The position numbers were made by a program, and so were the translations under genes. DNA of 32,000 nt from Delftia acidovorans NBRC 14950 (GTDB lineage Bacteria; Pseudomonadota; Gammaproteobacteria; Burkholderiales; Burkholderiaceae_C), in contig NZ_BCZP01000003.1 of the NCBI RefSeq assembly GCF_001598795.1, forward strand, positions 60,001 through 92,000, given 5' to 3'. The number at the start of each line of letters is the position of its first letter. The stretch's first letter is position 1. Below are positions 22,432 to 30,978 of this stretch, piece by piece. The notes beneath the pieces are model-generated. The model saw only the letters and a list, made by a program, of their open reading frames with translations, was not told the origin of the DNA and made no database searches.

Positions 22432-23520
22432 ATGCAAGACACATTCAAGATCGCCGTCATCGCCGGTGACGGCATTGGCAAGGAAGTCATGCCCGAAGGC
22501 CTGCGCACGCTGGAGGCCGCCGCCAGCCGCTTTGCGATCAAGCTCGAATTCCACCATTTCGACTGGGCCCACTGCGACTACTACCTGGCCCACGGAAAAA
22601 TGATGCCCGACGACTGGAAGGCGCAGCTCTGCGGCATGGACGCCATCTTCTTCGGCGCCGTGGGCTGGCCCGCCACCGTGCCCGACCATGTCTCGCTGTG
22701 GGGCTCGCTGCTCAAGTTCCGCCGCGAGTTCGACCAGTACATCAACCTGCGCCCCGTGCGCCTGTTCGAGGGCGTGCCCTGCCCGCTGGCCGGCCGCAAG
22801 CCCGGCGACATCGACTACTACGTGGTGCGCGAGAACACCGAAGGCGAATACACCTCGCTGGGCGGCATCATGTACGAGGGCACGGACCGCGAGATCGTGA
22901 TCCAGGAATCGGTCTACTCGCGCAAGGGTGCCGAGCGCCTGCTCAAGTACGCCTTCGACCTGGCCCAAAGCCGCGAGCGCAAGCACGTCACCCTGGCCAC
23001 CAAGAGCAACGGCATCGCCATCAGCATGCCCTGGTGGGACCAGCGCGCCGAGGACGTGGCCAAGGCCTACCCGGACGTCACGCTGGACAAGCAGCACATC
23101 GACATCCTGACCGCGCGCTTCGTGCTGCAGCCGGGCCGCTTCGACGTGGTGGCCGCCACCAACCTGTTCGGCGACATCCTCAGCGACCTGGGCCCGGCCA
23201 CCACGGGCACCATCGGCCTGGCCCCCTCGGCCAACCTCAACCCCGACCGCAGCTTCCCCAGCCTGTTCGAGCCCGTGCACGGCTCGGCGCCCGACATCTA
23301 CGGCAAGAACATCGCCAACCCCATCGCCATGGTCTGGTCGGCAGCGCTGATGCTGGACTTCCTGACCCACGGCCAGGGCGCAGGCCGCGCGGCGCACGAC
23401 GCCATCGTCTCGGCCATCGAGGAAGTCATCAAGAACGGCCCCCGCACGCCCGACCTGGGCGGCACGGCCAGCACCACCGAAGTGGGCCAGGCCATCGCCC
23501 GGCGCATCGCTGCCGCCTGA
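22432..23520 (+). CDS. dmlA: Tartrate dehydrogenase/decarboxylase / D-malate dehydrogenase (decarboxylating), isocitrate/isopropylmalate dehydrogenase superfamily
   Basis: Start at ATG 22432 after AAGGA. IAVIAGDGIGKEV, GKMMPDDW, FGAVGWPATVPDHVSLWGSLLKFRREFDQYINLRPVRLF, VVRENTEGEY, NLFGDILSDLGPATTGTIGLAPSANLNP and FEPVHGSAPDIYGKNIANPIA are nearly collinear with E. coli DmlA (YeaU). Confidence 0.92.
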   Translation: MQDTFKIAVIAGDGIGKEVMPEGLRTLEAAASRFAIKLEFHHFDWAHCDYYLAHGKMMPDDWKAQLCGMDAIFFGAVGWPATVPDHVSLWGSLLKFRREFDQYINLRPVRLFEGVPCPLAGRKPGDIDYYVVRENTEGEYTSLGGIMYEGTDREIVIQESVYSRKGAERLLKYAFDLAQSRERKHVTLATKSNGIAISMPWWDQRAEDVAKAYPDVTLDKQHIDILTARFVLQPGRFDVVAATNLFGDILSDLGPATTGTIGLAPSANLNPDRSFPSLFEPVHGSAPDIYGKNIANPIAMVWSAALMLDFLTHGQGAGRAAHDAIVSAIEEVIKNGPRTPDLGGTASTTEVGQAIARRIAAA

Positions 23521-23560
23521 GGCGCCACGCCGGGGTTCTCATGCCGCCCGGCAGCCCGGC

Positions 23561-25642
23561 CTACCGGCCCATGCGGCCCCTGCGCAGCCTGCCGGCCCCC
23601 ATCCCGGCCGCCAGCAGGCTCAGCATGACCAGCGCCACGGTGTGCAGGGCCGGCACAGGTGTGGGCACCGGCGCCGCCACCACGGCCTGTGTGAAGCCCT
23701 GGCTCATCGGGGCGTGGACTGCATCCCCGCTGTAGTCGACCACAAGGCCGTGGGATCCGGCCGCCACGGGCAGCCGGACCGTGGTGCTGGCGGCGCCGCC
23801 AACCAGGGGAGCCGACCCCAGCTGCGCCCCGTTGTACGAGACCGTGATGCTGCCCGAGGGGAGCGCCGCCGCCATCGCCCGCAGCGCCCCCCGTCGATCC
23901 TGTGCCCCGGTCACGGCCGACACGCTGATGGTCACATCGTCGCCGGGCCGGGAAGGGTTGGGGGTCGAGGTGATCGCCAGGGTGGTTGTGGCCTGGGCGA
24001 TCTGCACGCTTTGCTGCTGCCTTGCCGCCGCCTCGTAGTTCGCGTCGCCGGCCTGGTCGGCCAGGATGCGGCAGGGTCCCGGCGCAGTGAAGGAGACAGA
24101 ACTGCCCGCGATGGTGCAATGGGCAGCCGTCGCCGCATCCACGGAGAACACCACCACCTTGCCGGAAGCCCCGCCCGTTGCTGCCACGGCATAGGTATCG
24201 CCCACCTTGGCAGCCGCTGGCGCCACGGAAGTGAAGGCAATGGCCTGCGGGCCCTTGCCGATGCTCAAGGACAGGACTTGCCGGGCCGCAGGCAGATGGT
24301 TGGCATCCCCCTGTTGATCGGCGGCCAGCAGGCAGTTGTCCGTACCCGCCAGCCTGCCGGCCACCTCGGCACCGCTGACGGAGCACGCCGCCGGCGTCAG
24401 GGAGCTGAACTGCACGGCCTGGGACGAGCCACCGCCGGCGGCGCTCAGAGCCACCCGTGCATCCACGACCAGGGCCGCCGGCATGCTCCAGACGATGTTC
24501 TGCGCAGCAGGCTGCACCGTCACAGGGTAAGCCACCTCGGGGGCGGGACCATAGGTCGCATCGCCGCCCTGCCGGGCCGTCATCCTGCAAGTGCCTGCGG
24601 AATGGAAGCTGAACACCCCTGCGGCATCGACAGTGCAAACCTCTGGCGCAGATGCGGAAAACGTCACGGCCAGGCCGGAGGTAGCTGTTGCAACAGGCGT
24701 GAATGTCGTGCCGAAGGTTTGCGCCGCCGGCTGCGCAAAGTCGATGGTCTGCTCCCGCCTGAGCGTGGTGAAGGGTACGCTGGCCACATCCGGCTGCACG
24801 CGGCCTGCGCCATCCCTGGCGATGAAGTGCAGCCTGTAGGCCGTATTCACCGCCAGCCCCCCGATATCGATATCGTGGACCACGCCTGCCGTCATGCCGA
24901 CCGGGGAGCCGCCGGCCTGCAGCGCGGCGGCATCCGGCGCCGCCGCGGCCGCAGCAAGTACCTGCCAGTAACCCGTGCCGTCCCGGTCCAGCGCCACGTG
25001 GGCCTTGGCCGTCACACCGCCCGCCTGCGGGTCGACGGCGGGAGGCAGACTGAAGACCGGGCGGCCCAGCACATAGCTGGCAAACCCATGGTTTTGTGTT
25101 GCATTCCACCCATCGGACAGGGATGACAGGCCCGCCCAGACCGCATTGGCGGGGATGGACGATGCGTCCATGGCAAGCAGGGTCTGGATGCCATCGAGCG
25201 AATAGTGGAAAACAGTACTGTCGATGGGACGCGGGAAGGAGGACCCCTCGATCTGAAAGGAGCTGATCGTGGCCCAGGCTGCCGCCGCAGGAATGTCCAG
25301 GGGGTTGGTCGTCTGCAGGATCTGGCCCTGGTAGCTGTATGTGTAGCGCTCGTTCCAGCTGTTGAGCGCCCAGCCTCCATCCCAGTAGTTGGAAGGGGTG
25401 GCCCAGTCCGCTGTGGCCGGTGGCGTGCCGCCTTGCTGCACCACACCGCCCACGCTGAACGTGTACTCGGTCACCATGCTCGTATACAAAGCGTTGGACT
25501 GCGTCTGGTAGCCCGTCATGACCAACCCCTGTGCTGGCGCGGCCACGGCAGCAGCGCAATGCAGGCCTGCTCCGAATACCGCCACCCACGGCATCATGGC
25601 CCTGGAAAATTCCGCCTGAAGGCGACTGCCTCGTTCTCTCAT
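23561..25642 (-). CDS. Large secreted/surface repeat protein with IPTL-CTERM-type C-terminal sorting signal
   Basis: Start at ATG 25642 (GGGAG 5 nt upstream). The signal peptide is MMPWVAVFGAGLHCAAAVAAPAQG. An N-terminal region of about 330 aa with no motif I recognise follows. Then come three two-cysteine Ig-like repeats of about 85 aa each (..QTIDFAQP..C.V....G.C..A.Q.GD..Y; ..QNIVWSMP..; ..QAIAFTSV..) and a further Ig-like domain. The C-terminus is VPALHTVALVMLSLLAAGMGAGRLRRGR (motif, TM helix, Arg cluster). The listed 1246-aa ORF extends this frame artefactually across the antisense of gor. Confidence 0.8.
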   Translation of the reverse strand: MRERGSRLQAEFSRAMMPWVAVFGAGLHCAAAVAAPAQGLVMTGYQTQSNALYTSMVTEYTFSVGGVVQQGGTPPATADWATPSNYWDGGWALNSWNERYTYSYQGQILQTTNPLDIPAAAAWATISSFQIEGSSFPRPIDSTVFHYSLDGIQTLLAMDASSIPANAVWAGLSSLSDGWNATQNHGFASYVLGRPVFSLPPAVDPQAGGVTAKAHVALDRDGTGYWQVLAAAAAAPDAAALQAGGSPVGMTAGVVHDIDIGGLAVNTAYRLHFIARDGAGRVQPDVASVPFTTLRREQTIDFAQPAAQTFGTTFTPVATATSGLAVTFSASAPEVCTVDAAGVFSFHSAGTCRMTARQGGDATYGPAPEVAYPVTVQPAAQNIVWSMPAALVVDARVALSAAGGGSSQAVQFSSLTPAACSVSGAEVAGRLAGTDNCLLAADQQGDANHLPAARQVLSLSIGKGPQAIAFTSVAPAAAKVGDTYAVAATGGASGKVVVFSVDAATAAHCTIAGSSVSFTAPGPCRILADQAGDANYEAAARQQQSVQIAQATTTLAITSTPNPSRPGDDVTISVSAVTGAQDRRGALRAMAAALPSGSITVSYNGAQLGSAPLVGGAASTTVRLPVAAGSHGLVVDYSGDAVHAPMSQGFTQAVVAAPVPTPVPALHTVALVMLSLLAAGMGAGRLRRGRMGR

Positions 25643-25987
25643 ATGCACTCCCGTTTCAACTTGCTGTTCTTCTGGTCCATGCCGGGTGTACCGGCAATGC
25701 AGGAGCCTAGCGGCCGCACCTGCCCGCGCCTTGACTGCGCGTTGCGCTTTTCTTGACAGTGCGTCCCGCCCCCCTGCGCAACGCGGGCTGCCGCGCCACG
25801 GTCCCGTCACCCGCCAGCACACTCCTGCCGCCCCCCGGGCCTGCAAAGCGGCGATGTGCCGGTCGACCGGGCCGTCGTCTGGGCGCGGAGATGGCGGCAT
25901 TGCCCCCGCCGCAGGCCCCTGGCCGGCGAACAGGGCAAGATGGCCGGCTGCGGCATTCGGGCCGCTCAGACACAGCACGGAATCTCC

Positions 25988-27337
25988 ATGAAGCACTACG
26001 ACTACATCGTCATCGGCGGCGGCAGCGGCGGCATTGCATCGGCCAACCGCGCCGCCATGCACGGGCGCCACTGCGCGCTGATCGAAGCCGGCGAGATCGG
26101 CGGCACCTGCGTCAACGTGGGCTGCGTGCCCAAGAAGGTCATGTGGCATGCGGCCCAGATCGGCGAGGCCATGCACCGCTACGGCCCCGACTACGGCTGG
26201 GATGCCACCGTCGACCGCCTGGACTGGCAGCGCCTGCTGGACAGCCGCAGCGCCTACATCGACCGCATCCATGCCTCGTATGAAAGCGGCCTGGCACGCA
26301 ACAAGGTCGAGCTGATCCAGGGCTTTGGCCGCTTCGTGGATGCGCGCACCGTGGAGGTGGGCGGCCAGCGGCTCAGTGCCGATCACATCCTCATCGCCAC
26401 GGGCACGCGCCCGGCACGGCCCGACATTCCGGGCGCCGAGCTGGGCATTGACTCGGACGGCTTCTTCGCCCTCAAGGCCCTGCCTGCGCGCACGGCCGTG
26501 GTGGGTGCCGGCTATATCGCCGTGGAGATTGCCGGCGTGCTGCACGCGCTGGGCTCGCAGACCCATCTGTTCCTGCGCCAGAACTCGGCACTGCGCGGGT
26601 TCGATCCGCTGCTGAGCCAGACCCTGATGGAGATCATGGAGGCCGAAGGCCCCGCCGTGCACCGCCAGGCCACCCCGAAGGCCGTGGTCCGCAATGCCGA
26701 CGGCAGCCTGGATCTGCAACTGCAGGACGGCAGCAGCCACACCGTGGACTGCGTGGTCTGGGCCGTGGGCCGCCGACCCGACACCTCGGGCCTGAACCTG
26801 GAGGCCGCAGGCGTGGCGCTGCAGGACAGCGGCCACATCGCGGTGGACAAGTTCCAGGACACCAATGTGCCCGGCATCCACGCCGTGGGCGACATCACGG
26901 GCCGCATCGAACTCACGCCCGTTGCCGTGGCCGCAGGCCGGCGCCTGTCCGAGCGCCTGTTCAACGGCAAGACCGGCGAGCACCTGGACTACGACAACGT
27001 ACCCACCGTGGTCTTCAGCCACCCGCCCATCGGCACCGTGGGCCTGACCGAACCGCAGGCACGCGAGCGCTTTGGCGACGATCAGGTCAAGGTCTACCAA
27101 TCGGCCTTCACGGCCATGTACACGGCCGTCACGCGCCACCGCCAGCCCGCGCGCATGAAGCTGGTCTGCGTGGGCCCCGAGGAGCGCATCGTGGGCATAC
27201 ACGGCATCGGCCTGGGGATGGACGAGATGCTGCAGGGCTTTGCCGTGGCGCTCAAGATGGGCGCCACCAAGCGGGACTTCGACGACACCGTGGCCATCCA
27301 CCCCACGGCGGCCGAGGAGTTCGTGACCATGCGCTGA
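25988..27337 (+). CDS. gor: Glutathione-disulfide reductase
   Basis: Start at ATG 25988. [23 protein letters not shown] is the FAD fold and [16 protein letters not shown] is the redox-active disulfide. The NADPH fold is [13 protein letters not shown]. The dimerisation/His-Glu region is [19 protein letters not shown]. Confidence 0.93.
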   Translation: MKHYDYIVIGGGSGGIASANRAAMHGRHCALIEAGEIGGTCVNVGCVPKKVMWHAAQIGEAMHRYGPDYGWDATVDRLDWQRLLDSRSAYIDRIHASYESGLARNKVELIQGFGRFVDARTVEVGGQRLSADHILIATGTRPARPDIPGAELGIDSDGFFALKALPARTAVVGAGYIAVEIAGVLHALGSQTHLFLRQNSALRGFDPLLSQTLMEIMEAEGPAVHRQATPKAVVRNADGSLDLQLQDGSSHTVDCVVWAVGRRPDTSGLNLEAAGVALQDSGHIAVDKFQDTNVPGIHAVGDITGRIELTPVAVAAGRRLSERLFNGKTGEHLDYDNVPTVVFSHPPIGTVGLTEPQARERFGDDQVKVYQSAFTAMYTAVTRHRQPARMKLVCVGPEERIVGIHGIGLGMDEMLQGFAVALKMGATKRDFDDTVAIHPTAAEEFVTMR

Positions 27338-27356
27338 ACAGGCGCACAGCCTGACC

Positions 27357-28691
27357 TCAGCGGTTGACCACGGCCTTGGGCAGGGCCAGCGTCAAGAGGC
27401 TGCCGGCCACCAGGCACGCTGCGAACAGCAGCAGGCCTGCGCTCGACGAGTGCGTGAGATCCTTGAGCCAGCCCAGCAAATAGGTGGCCGCAAAGCCTCC
27501 CAGGTTGGCAATGGAGGCGATCAGCGCAATGCCTGCGGCCGCCGCCGGCCCCGTCAGGAACGTGGCGGGCAGGCACCAGAACACGGGAAAGGCTGCCATG
27601 ATGCCCGCCGTCGCCAGAGAGAACAGCAGCACGGTGGCGAACACATGGCCGGTGTACAGCGTGCTCAGCGCCATGGCGGCCGCGCCCGCCAGTGCCGGCA
27701 GCACGATGTGCCAGCGCCGCTCGCGGCGCCGGTCGGAGCTGATGCCGTTGAGCAGCAGCGCAGCGATGGCAAAGGCATTGGGAACGGCCGTGAGCAGGCC
27801 GATCTCGGCCGTGCTCCTGACCCCGGCCTCGCGGATGATGGTGGGCAGCCAGAAGCTGATGGCATAGGTGGACATCATCAGGCTCAGGTCGATCATGCCC
27901 AGCAGCCAGACCCGGCCGCTGGACAGCGCCGCCCACAGCGAATGGTGGGACTCGGCCAGCCTGTCGCTGTCGAGGTTGGCGCGCAGCACGCCCTTGTCGC
28001 GCGGCGACAGCCATTTGGCCGACTCGATGCTGTTGGGCAGGTAGACGAAGACCAGCAGGCCCAGCACCACCGAGGGAATCGCCTCCAGGAAGAACAGCCA
28101 CTGCCAGCCCGCATGGCCACGCACGCCGGCAAAGGCCGTCATGATCCAGCCCGACAGCGGAGCCCCGACCAGGCTGGCCAGCGGCAGGCCGATCAGGAAC
28201 AGCGCCATGATCTTGCTGCGCATGCGCGTGGGATACCAGTAGGTCAGGTACAGCATGACACCGGGAAAGAACCCCGCCTCGGCCACACCCAGCAGAAAGC
28301 GCAGCACATAGAACTGCATGGGCGTGCTCACGAACATGGTCGCGCCCGAGATCAGGCCCCAGGTGATCATGATCCGCGCGATCCACAGCCGCGCGCCCGT
28401 GCGCGCCAGCACCAGGTTGCTGGGCACCTCGAAGAGGATGTAGCCCACGAAGAACAGGCCCGCACCCAGGCCGTAGACCGTCTCGCTGAAGCCCAGGTCC
28501 TGCTGCATCTGCAGCTTGGCCAGCCCCACGTTGATGCGGTCCAGATAGGCGGCCAGGTAGCACAGGCAGAAGAAGGGCACGAGCCGCCACGTCACGCGCC
28601 CGTACAGCTGCCGCCGCTCCTTCTCCTGCTCCCGCAAATGGACCCCCTGCCCCTGCATACCGCCAATGCCTGCATTGCTGTGAACTGACAT
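27357..28691 (-). CDS. MFS transporter, anion:cation symporter (ACS) family, TtuB (putative tartrate transporter)-like
   Basis: ATG 28691 follows AAGGAG with a 5-nt spacer. RVTWRLVPFFCLCYLAAYLDRINVGLAKLQMQQDLGFSETVYGLGAGLFFVGYILFEVPSNLVLARTGARLWIARIM is the ACS/TtuB-type N-terminal signature. About 12 TM segments are present. Confidence 0.88.
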   Translation of the reverse strand: MSVHSNAGIGGMQGQGVHLREQEKERRQLYGRVTWRLVPFFCLCYLAAYLDRINVGLAKLQMQQDLGFSETVYGLGAGLFFVGYILFEVPSNLVLARTGARLWIARIMITWGLISGATMFVSTPMQFYVLRFLLGVAEAGFFPGVMLYLTYWYPTRMRSKIMALFLIGLPLASLVGAPLSGWIMTAFAGVRGHAGWQWLFFLEAIPSVVLGLLVFVYLPNSIESAKWLSPRDKGVLRANLDSDRLAESHHSLWAALSSGRVWLLGMIDLSLMMSTYAISFWLPTIIREAGVRSTAEIGLLTAVPNAFAIAALLLNGISSDRRRERRWHIVLPALAGAAAMALSTLYTGHVFATVLLFSLATAGIMAAFPVFWCLPATFLTGPAAAAGIALIASIANLGGFAATYLLGWLKDLTHSSSAGLLLFAACLVAGSLLTLALPKAVVNR

Positions 28692-29033
28692 TTCAGCTCC
28701 TTGCTGTGTTGACCATTGCCACCGTTCATGGCCCTGCGTCGCCGCGTTGGCGCACTGCAGCCGGATCCGGCGGAAACATCTGTCTGCAGTGGAAATTTCA
28801 AGTGCCTACGCTCAATGCTACGCACGATAGTCAAAAACAAATCAAGTAGTTTCCCGATAGCAATCATCGATCAAGTCGCACAAAAATCCCTGCACGCAAG
28901 GGAAACAAGGGGCATCAACTCACGCAATGCCTTGGTGCTCCTTTGTAGTGAACCCGACTCAATTCAAGTGCATACGCTTTAAAAACACCGAACCCGCGGA
29001 ATGACATCCGTGATCAGAACCAAGGAGACACCC

Positions 29034-30113
29034 ATGCCCAGACTGCATTCAAGGACAGGACACGCCATTGCCCTGGCCGCCCCGGCACTTGCCCTGCTCC
29101 ATGCCATCGCCTCGCTGCCGGCGGGCGCGCAGGTCACGCTGCAGGGTCAGATCGATGCCTTCGCGGGGTTTTCGCGCCCGCTGGGCGCGGACAAGGGCAC
29201 GGGCGTGCTCACGCCAGGCGGCATGCAGACGAATTTCTGGGCCTTGCGCGGAACGGAGGACCTGGGTTCTGGATTGAAGGCCGTGTTTGCACTGGAGGCC
29301 TTCTACCGCGCGGACAGCGGCGCCGAAGGGCGTTTTGCCAATGACGCCTTCTTTGCGCGCAGCGCCTATGTGGGACTGAGCAGCGGCTGGGGCACGCTGC
29401 AACTGGGGCGCAACACCACGCCCTACTGGCTGGCCACCATCGCCGTCAACCCGTATGCAGGGTCCTTTTCGTTCTCACCCGCGGTGCTGCACAGCTTCGG
29501 GCCCAACGGCACGGCCGCCGCGCCGCTGCGGGGCGACTCGGGCTGGAGTGACAGCCTGCTCTACACCAGCCCGTCCTGGGGCGGATTCACGGCACGGCTG
29601 CAGTATTCGTTCGAGCCGCCTGCCGGCACGCCCGCGTCCCAGCGCCGCGATGCGGACAAGTACGGCGCCAGCCTCGGCTATGCGGGCGGCGCATTCGCCG
29701 CCGCCCTCGCCTACCAGAACGTGGCCTATCCCAATGCCGCCACCACCGCTACCGCCACCGGCTTTGACCGCCAGAGCGCCTGGCTGCTGGGCGGCTCCTA
29801 CGATCTGGGCATGGTCAAGCTGTTCGCCCAATACCAGCGGCTGGCCGACACCGTGGCCGGCGCAGACCGCCGCAGGAACAGCGGCCAGTTCGGCCTGTCG
29901 ATTCCCGCAGGCCCGGGCGCCGTGCTGGCCTCATATGGCCATGCGCGCACCTCGGGCGCCGAAGAGGCCAGGCGCAACACCTGGGCCGTGGGCTATGACT
30001 ACCCCCTGTCCAAGCGCACGGACATCTACCTCAACAGCCTGCACGACCGCATCACGGGCACGGGCGCCGGCAGCGGCCAGACCTGGGGCCTGGGCCTGCG
30101 CCACTATTTCTGA
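29034..30113 (+). CDS. Outer-membrane porin (Gram-negative general porin family)
   Basis: Start at ATG 29034 after AAGGAG. The signal peptide ends ...ASLPAGAQV. There are alternating amphipathic beta-strand patterns (VTLQGQIDAFAGF, WALRGTEDLGSGLKAVFALEAFY, AYVGLSSGWGTLQLGRN). The C-terminus TWGLGLRHYF carries the terminal aromatic residue typical of OMPs. Confidence 0.85.
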   Translation: MPRLHSRTGHAIALAAPALALLHAIASLPAGAQVTLQGQIDAFAGFSRPLGADKGTGVLTPGGMQTNFWALRGTEDLGSGLKAVFALEAFYRADSGAEGRFANDAFFARSAYVGLSSGWGTLQLGRNTTPYWLATIAVNPYAGSFSFSPAVLHSFGPNGTAAAPLRGDSGWSDSLLYTSPSWGGFTARLQYSFEPPAGTPASQRRDADKYGASLGYAGGAFAAALAYQNVAYPNAATTATATGFDRQSAWLLGGSYDLGMVKLFAQYQRLADTVAGADRRRNSGQFGLSIPAGPGAVLASYGHARTSGAEEARRNTWAVGYDYPLSKRTDIYLNSLHDRITGTGAGSGQTWGLGLRHYF

Positions 30114-30919
30114 GTCCTGGGCTGGGGCTGGACCGGTGGCTGCTGCACCACGCGCAACACCGTCTCCACCATGTGGTCGCCCCAGCGCTGCAGCTCGGCC
30201 TGCTGCAGCAGCTCCTTGTCGAAGAAGGCGCTCAGCGTGTGGCGATTGGAGAGGTAGAAGTAGCCCAGTCCCATGACCGTGATGTAGAGATCGTCGATGT
30301 GCACATCGGGGCGGAACAGGCCCTGGGCCATTCCCGATTCCACGGCCTTGCGCAGCAGCGTGATGGCATTGGGAAAGAAGTCGCGTATGCCCGAGGCCTT
30401 CTTCAGGTGCTTGCCCTTGAGCAGGTTTTCGGTGTTGAGCAGGAAGATCAGTTCCGGGTGCTCCTGGTAGTAGCGCCACATGAAGCGCACCACGGCCTCC
30501 AGCGCCGCGCGCGGATCGTCGAAGTCCACCAGCAGCTTCGCCTCGGCCTCCACCAGCTTGCGGTAGGCGTTCTCCAGCACGGCGGCGAACAGCTTGTCCT
30601 TGCTGCCGTAGTGGTAGTAGAGAAGGCTCTCGTAGCACTTGGCCTGCTTGCCGATGCGCTGCACGCTGGCGCCGTCGTAGCCACTTCTGGCGAACTCGAT
30701 CTCGGCCGCCAGCAAGATGGCCTCCTTGGTCGTCTTGCCGGTCTTGGCAGTCCGCTTGCGCCCCGCAGACGCCTTGGCAGGGGCCGACTTCGCAGCGGCT
30801 TTCCTGGCGGGCGCAGCCTTGCGCTTCGGGGTGGCGGGAACTTCCTCGGGATCAGTGGTCATGGGCACGGCGTCAGGTGAATGGGGCGTTGCGTCGGCCA
30901 TTCTAGGGAAAAACGCCAT
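30104..30919 (-). CDS. TetR-family transcriptional regulator with Lys/Ala/Pro-rich N-terminal extension
   Basis: The HTH region is ILLAAEIEFARSGYDGASVQRIGKQAKCYESLLYYHYGSKDKLF, followed by a TetR_C-like helical domain. A basic tail of about 55 aa precedes it (PKRKAAPARKAAAKSAPAKASAGRKRTAKTGKTTK). The start is uncertain (ATG 30919, 30901 or 30862; none has a clear SD). The 3' end overlaps the porin stop by 10 nt. Confidence 0.85.
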   Translation of the reverse strand: MAFFPRMADATPHSPDAVPMTTDPEEVPATPKRKAAPARKAAAKSAPAKASAGRKRTAKTGKTTKEAILLAAEIEFARSGYDGASVQRIGKQAKCYESLLYYHYGSKDKLFAAVLENAYRKLVEAEAKLLVDFDDPRAALEAVVRFMWRYYQEHPELIFLLNTENLLKGKHLKKASGIRDFFPNAITLLRKAVESGMAQGLFRPDVHIDDLYITVMGLGYFYLSNRHTLSAFFDKELLQQAELQRWGDHMVETVLRVVQQPPVQPQPRTQK

Positions 30920-30926
30920 ATTGAAA

Positions 30927-30964
30927 TTGAGTGTTCACTCAAACAAAATTGAGTGAACACTCAA
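30927..30964. promoter_or_regulatory. Two tandem 16-bp palindromic operators (probable TetR binding sites) in the divergent TetR/oxygenase promoter region
   Basis: O1 is TTGAGTGttCACTCAA (30927-30942) and O2 is TTGAGTGaaCACTCAA (30949-30964). Each is a perfect 7-bp inverted repeat with a 2-bp centre, and the centres are 22 bp apart. O2 ends 1 nt before the oxygenase RBS (AAGGAGAG). Confidence 0.7.
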
Positions 30965-30978
30965 CAAGGAGAGCCCCC

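Noticed and set aside
25643-27301. N-terminal 553 residues of the listed 1246-aa minus-strand ORF
   Set aside because: This portion is antisense to glutathione reductase, whose motifs are unambiguous. The frame simply stays open upstream of the real start at 25642, which has an SD and a signal peptide. The 763-aa ORF 23298..25589 is another frame of the same region with an Arg/Gly/Pro-rich nonsense-like product.
28716-28982. 88-aa ORF in the 343-bp MFS/porin intergenic region
   Set aside because: Codon third-position GC is about 50 percent, unlike host genes. There is no RBS and no recognisable motif. It more likely reflects low-GC promoter DNA for the two divergent genes.
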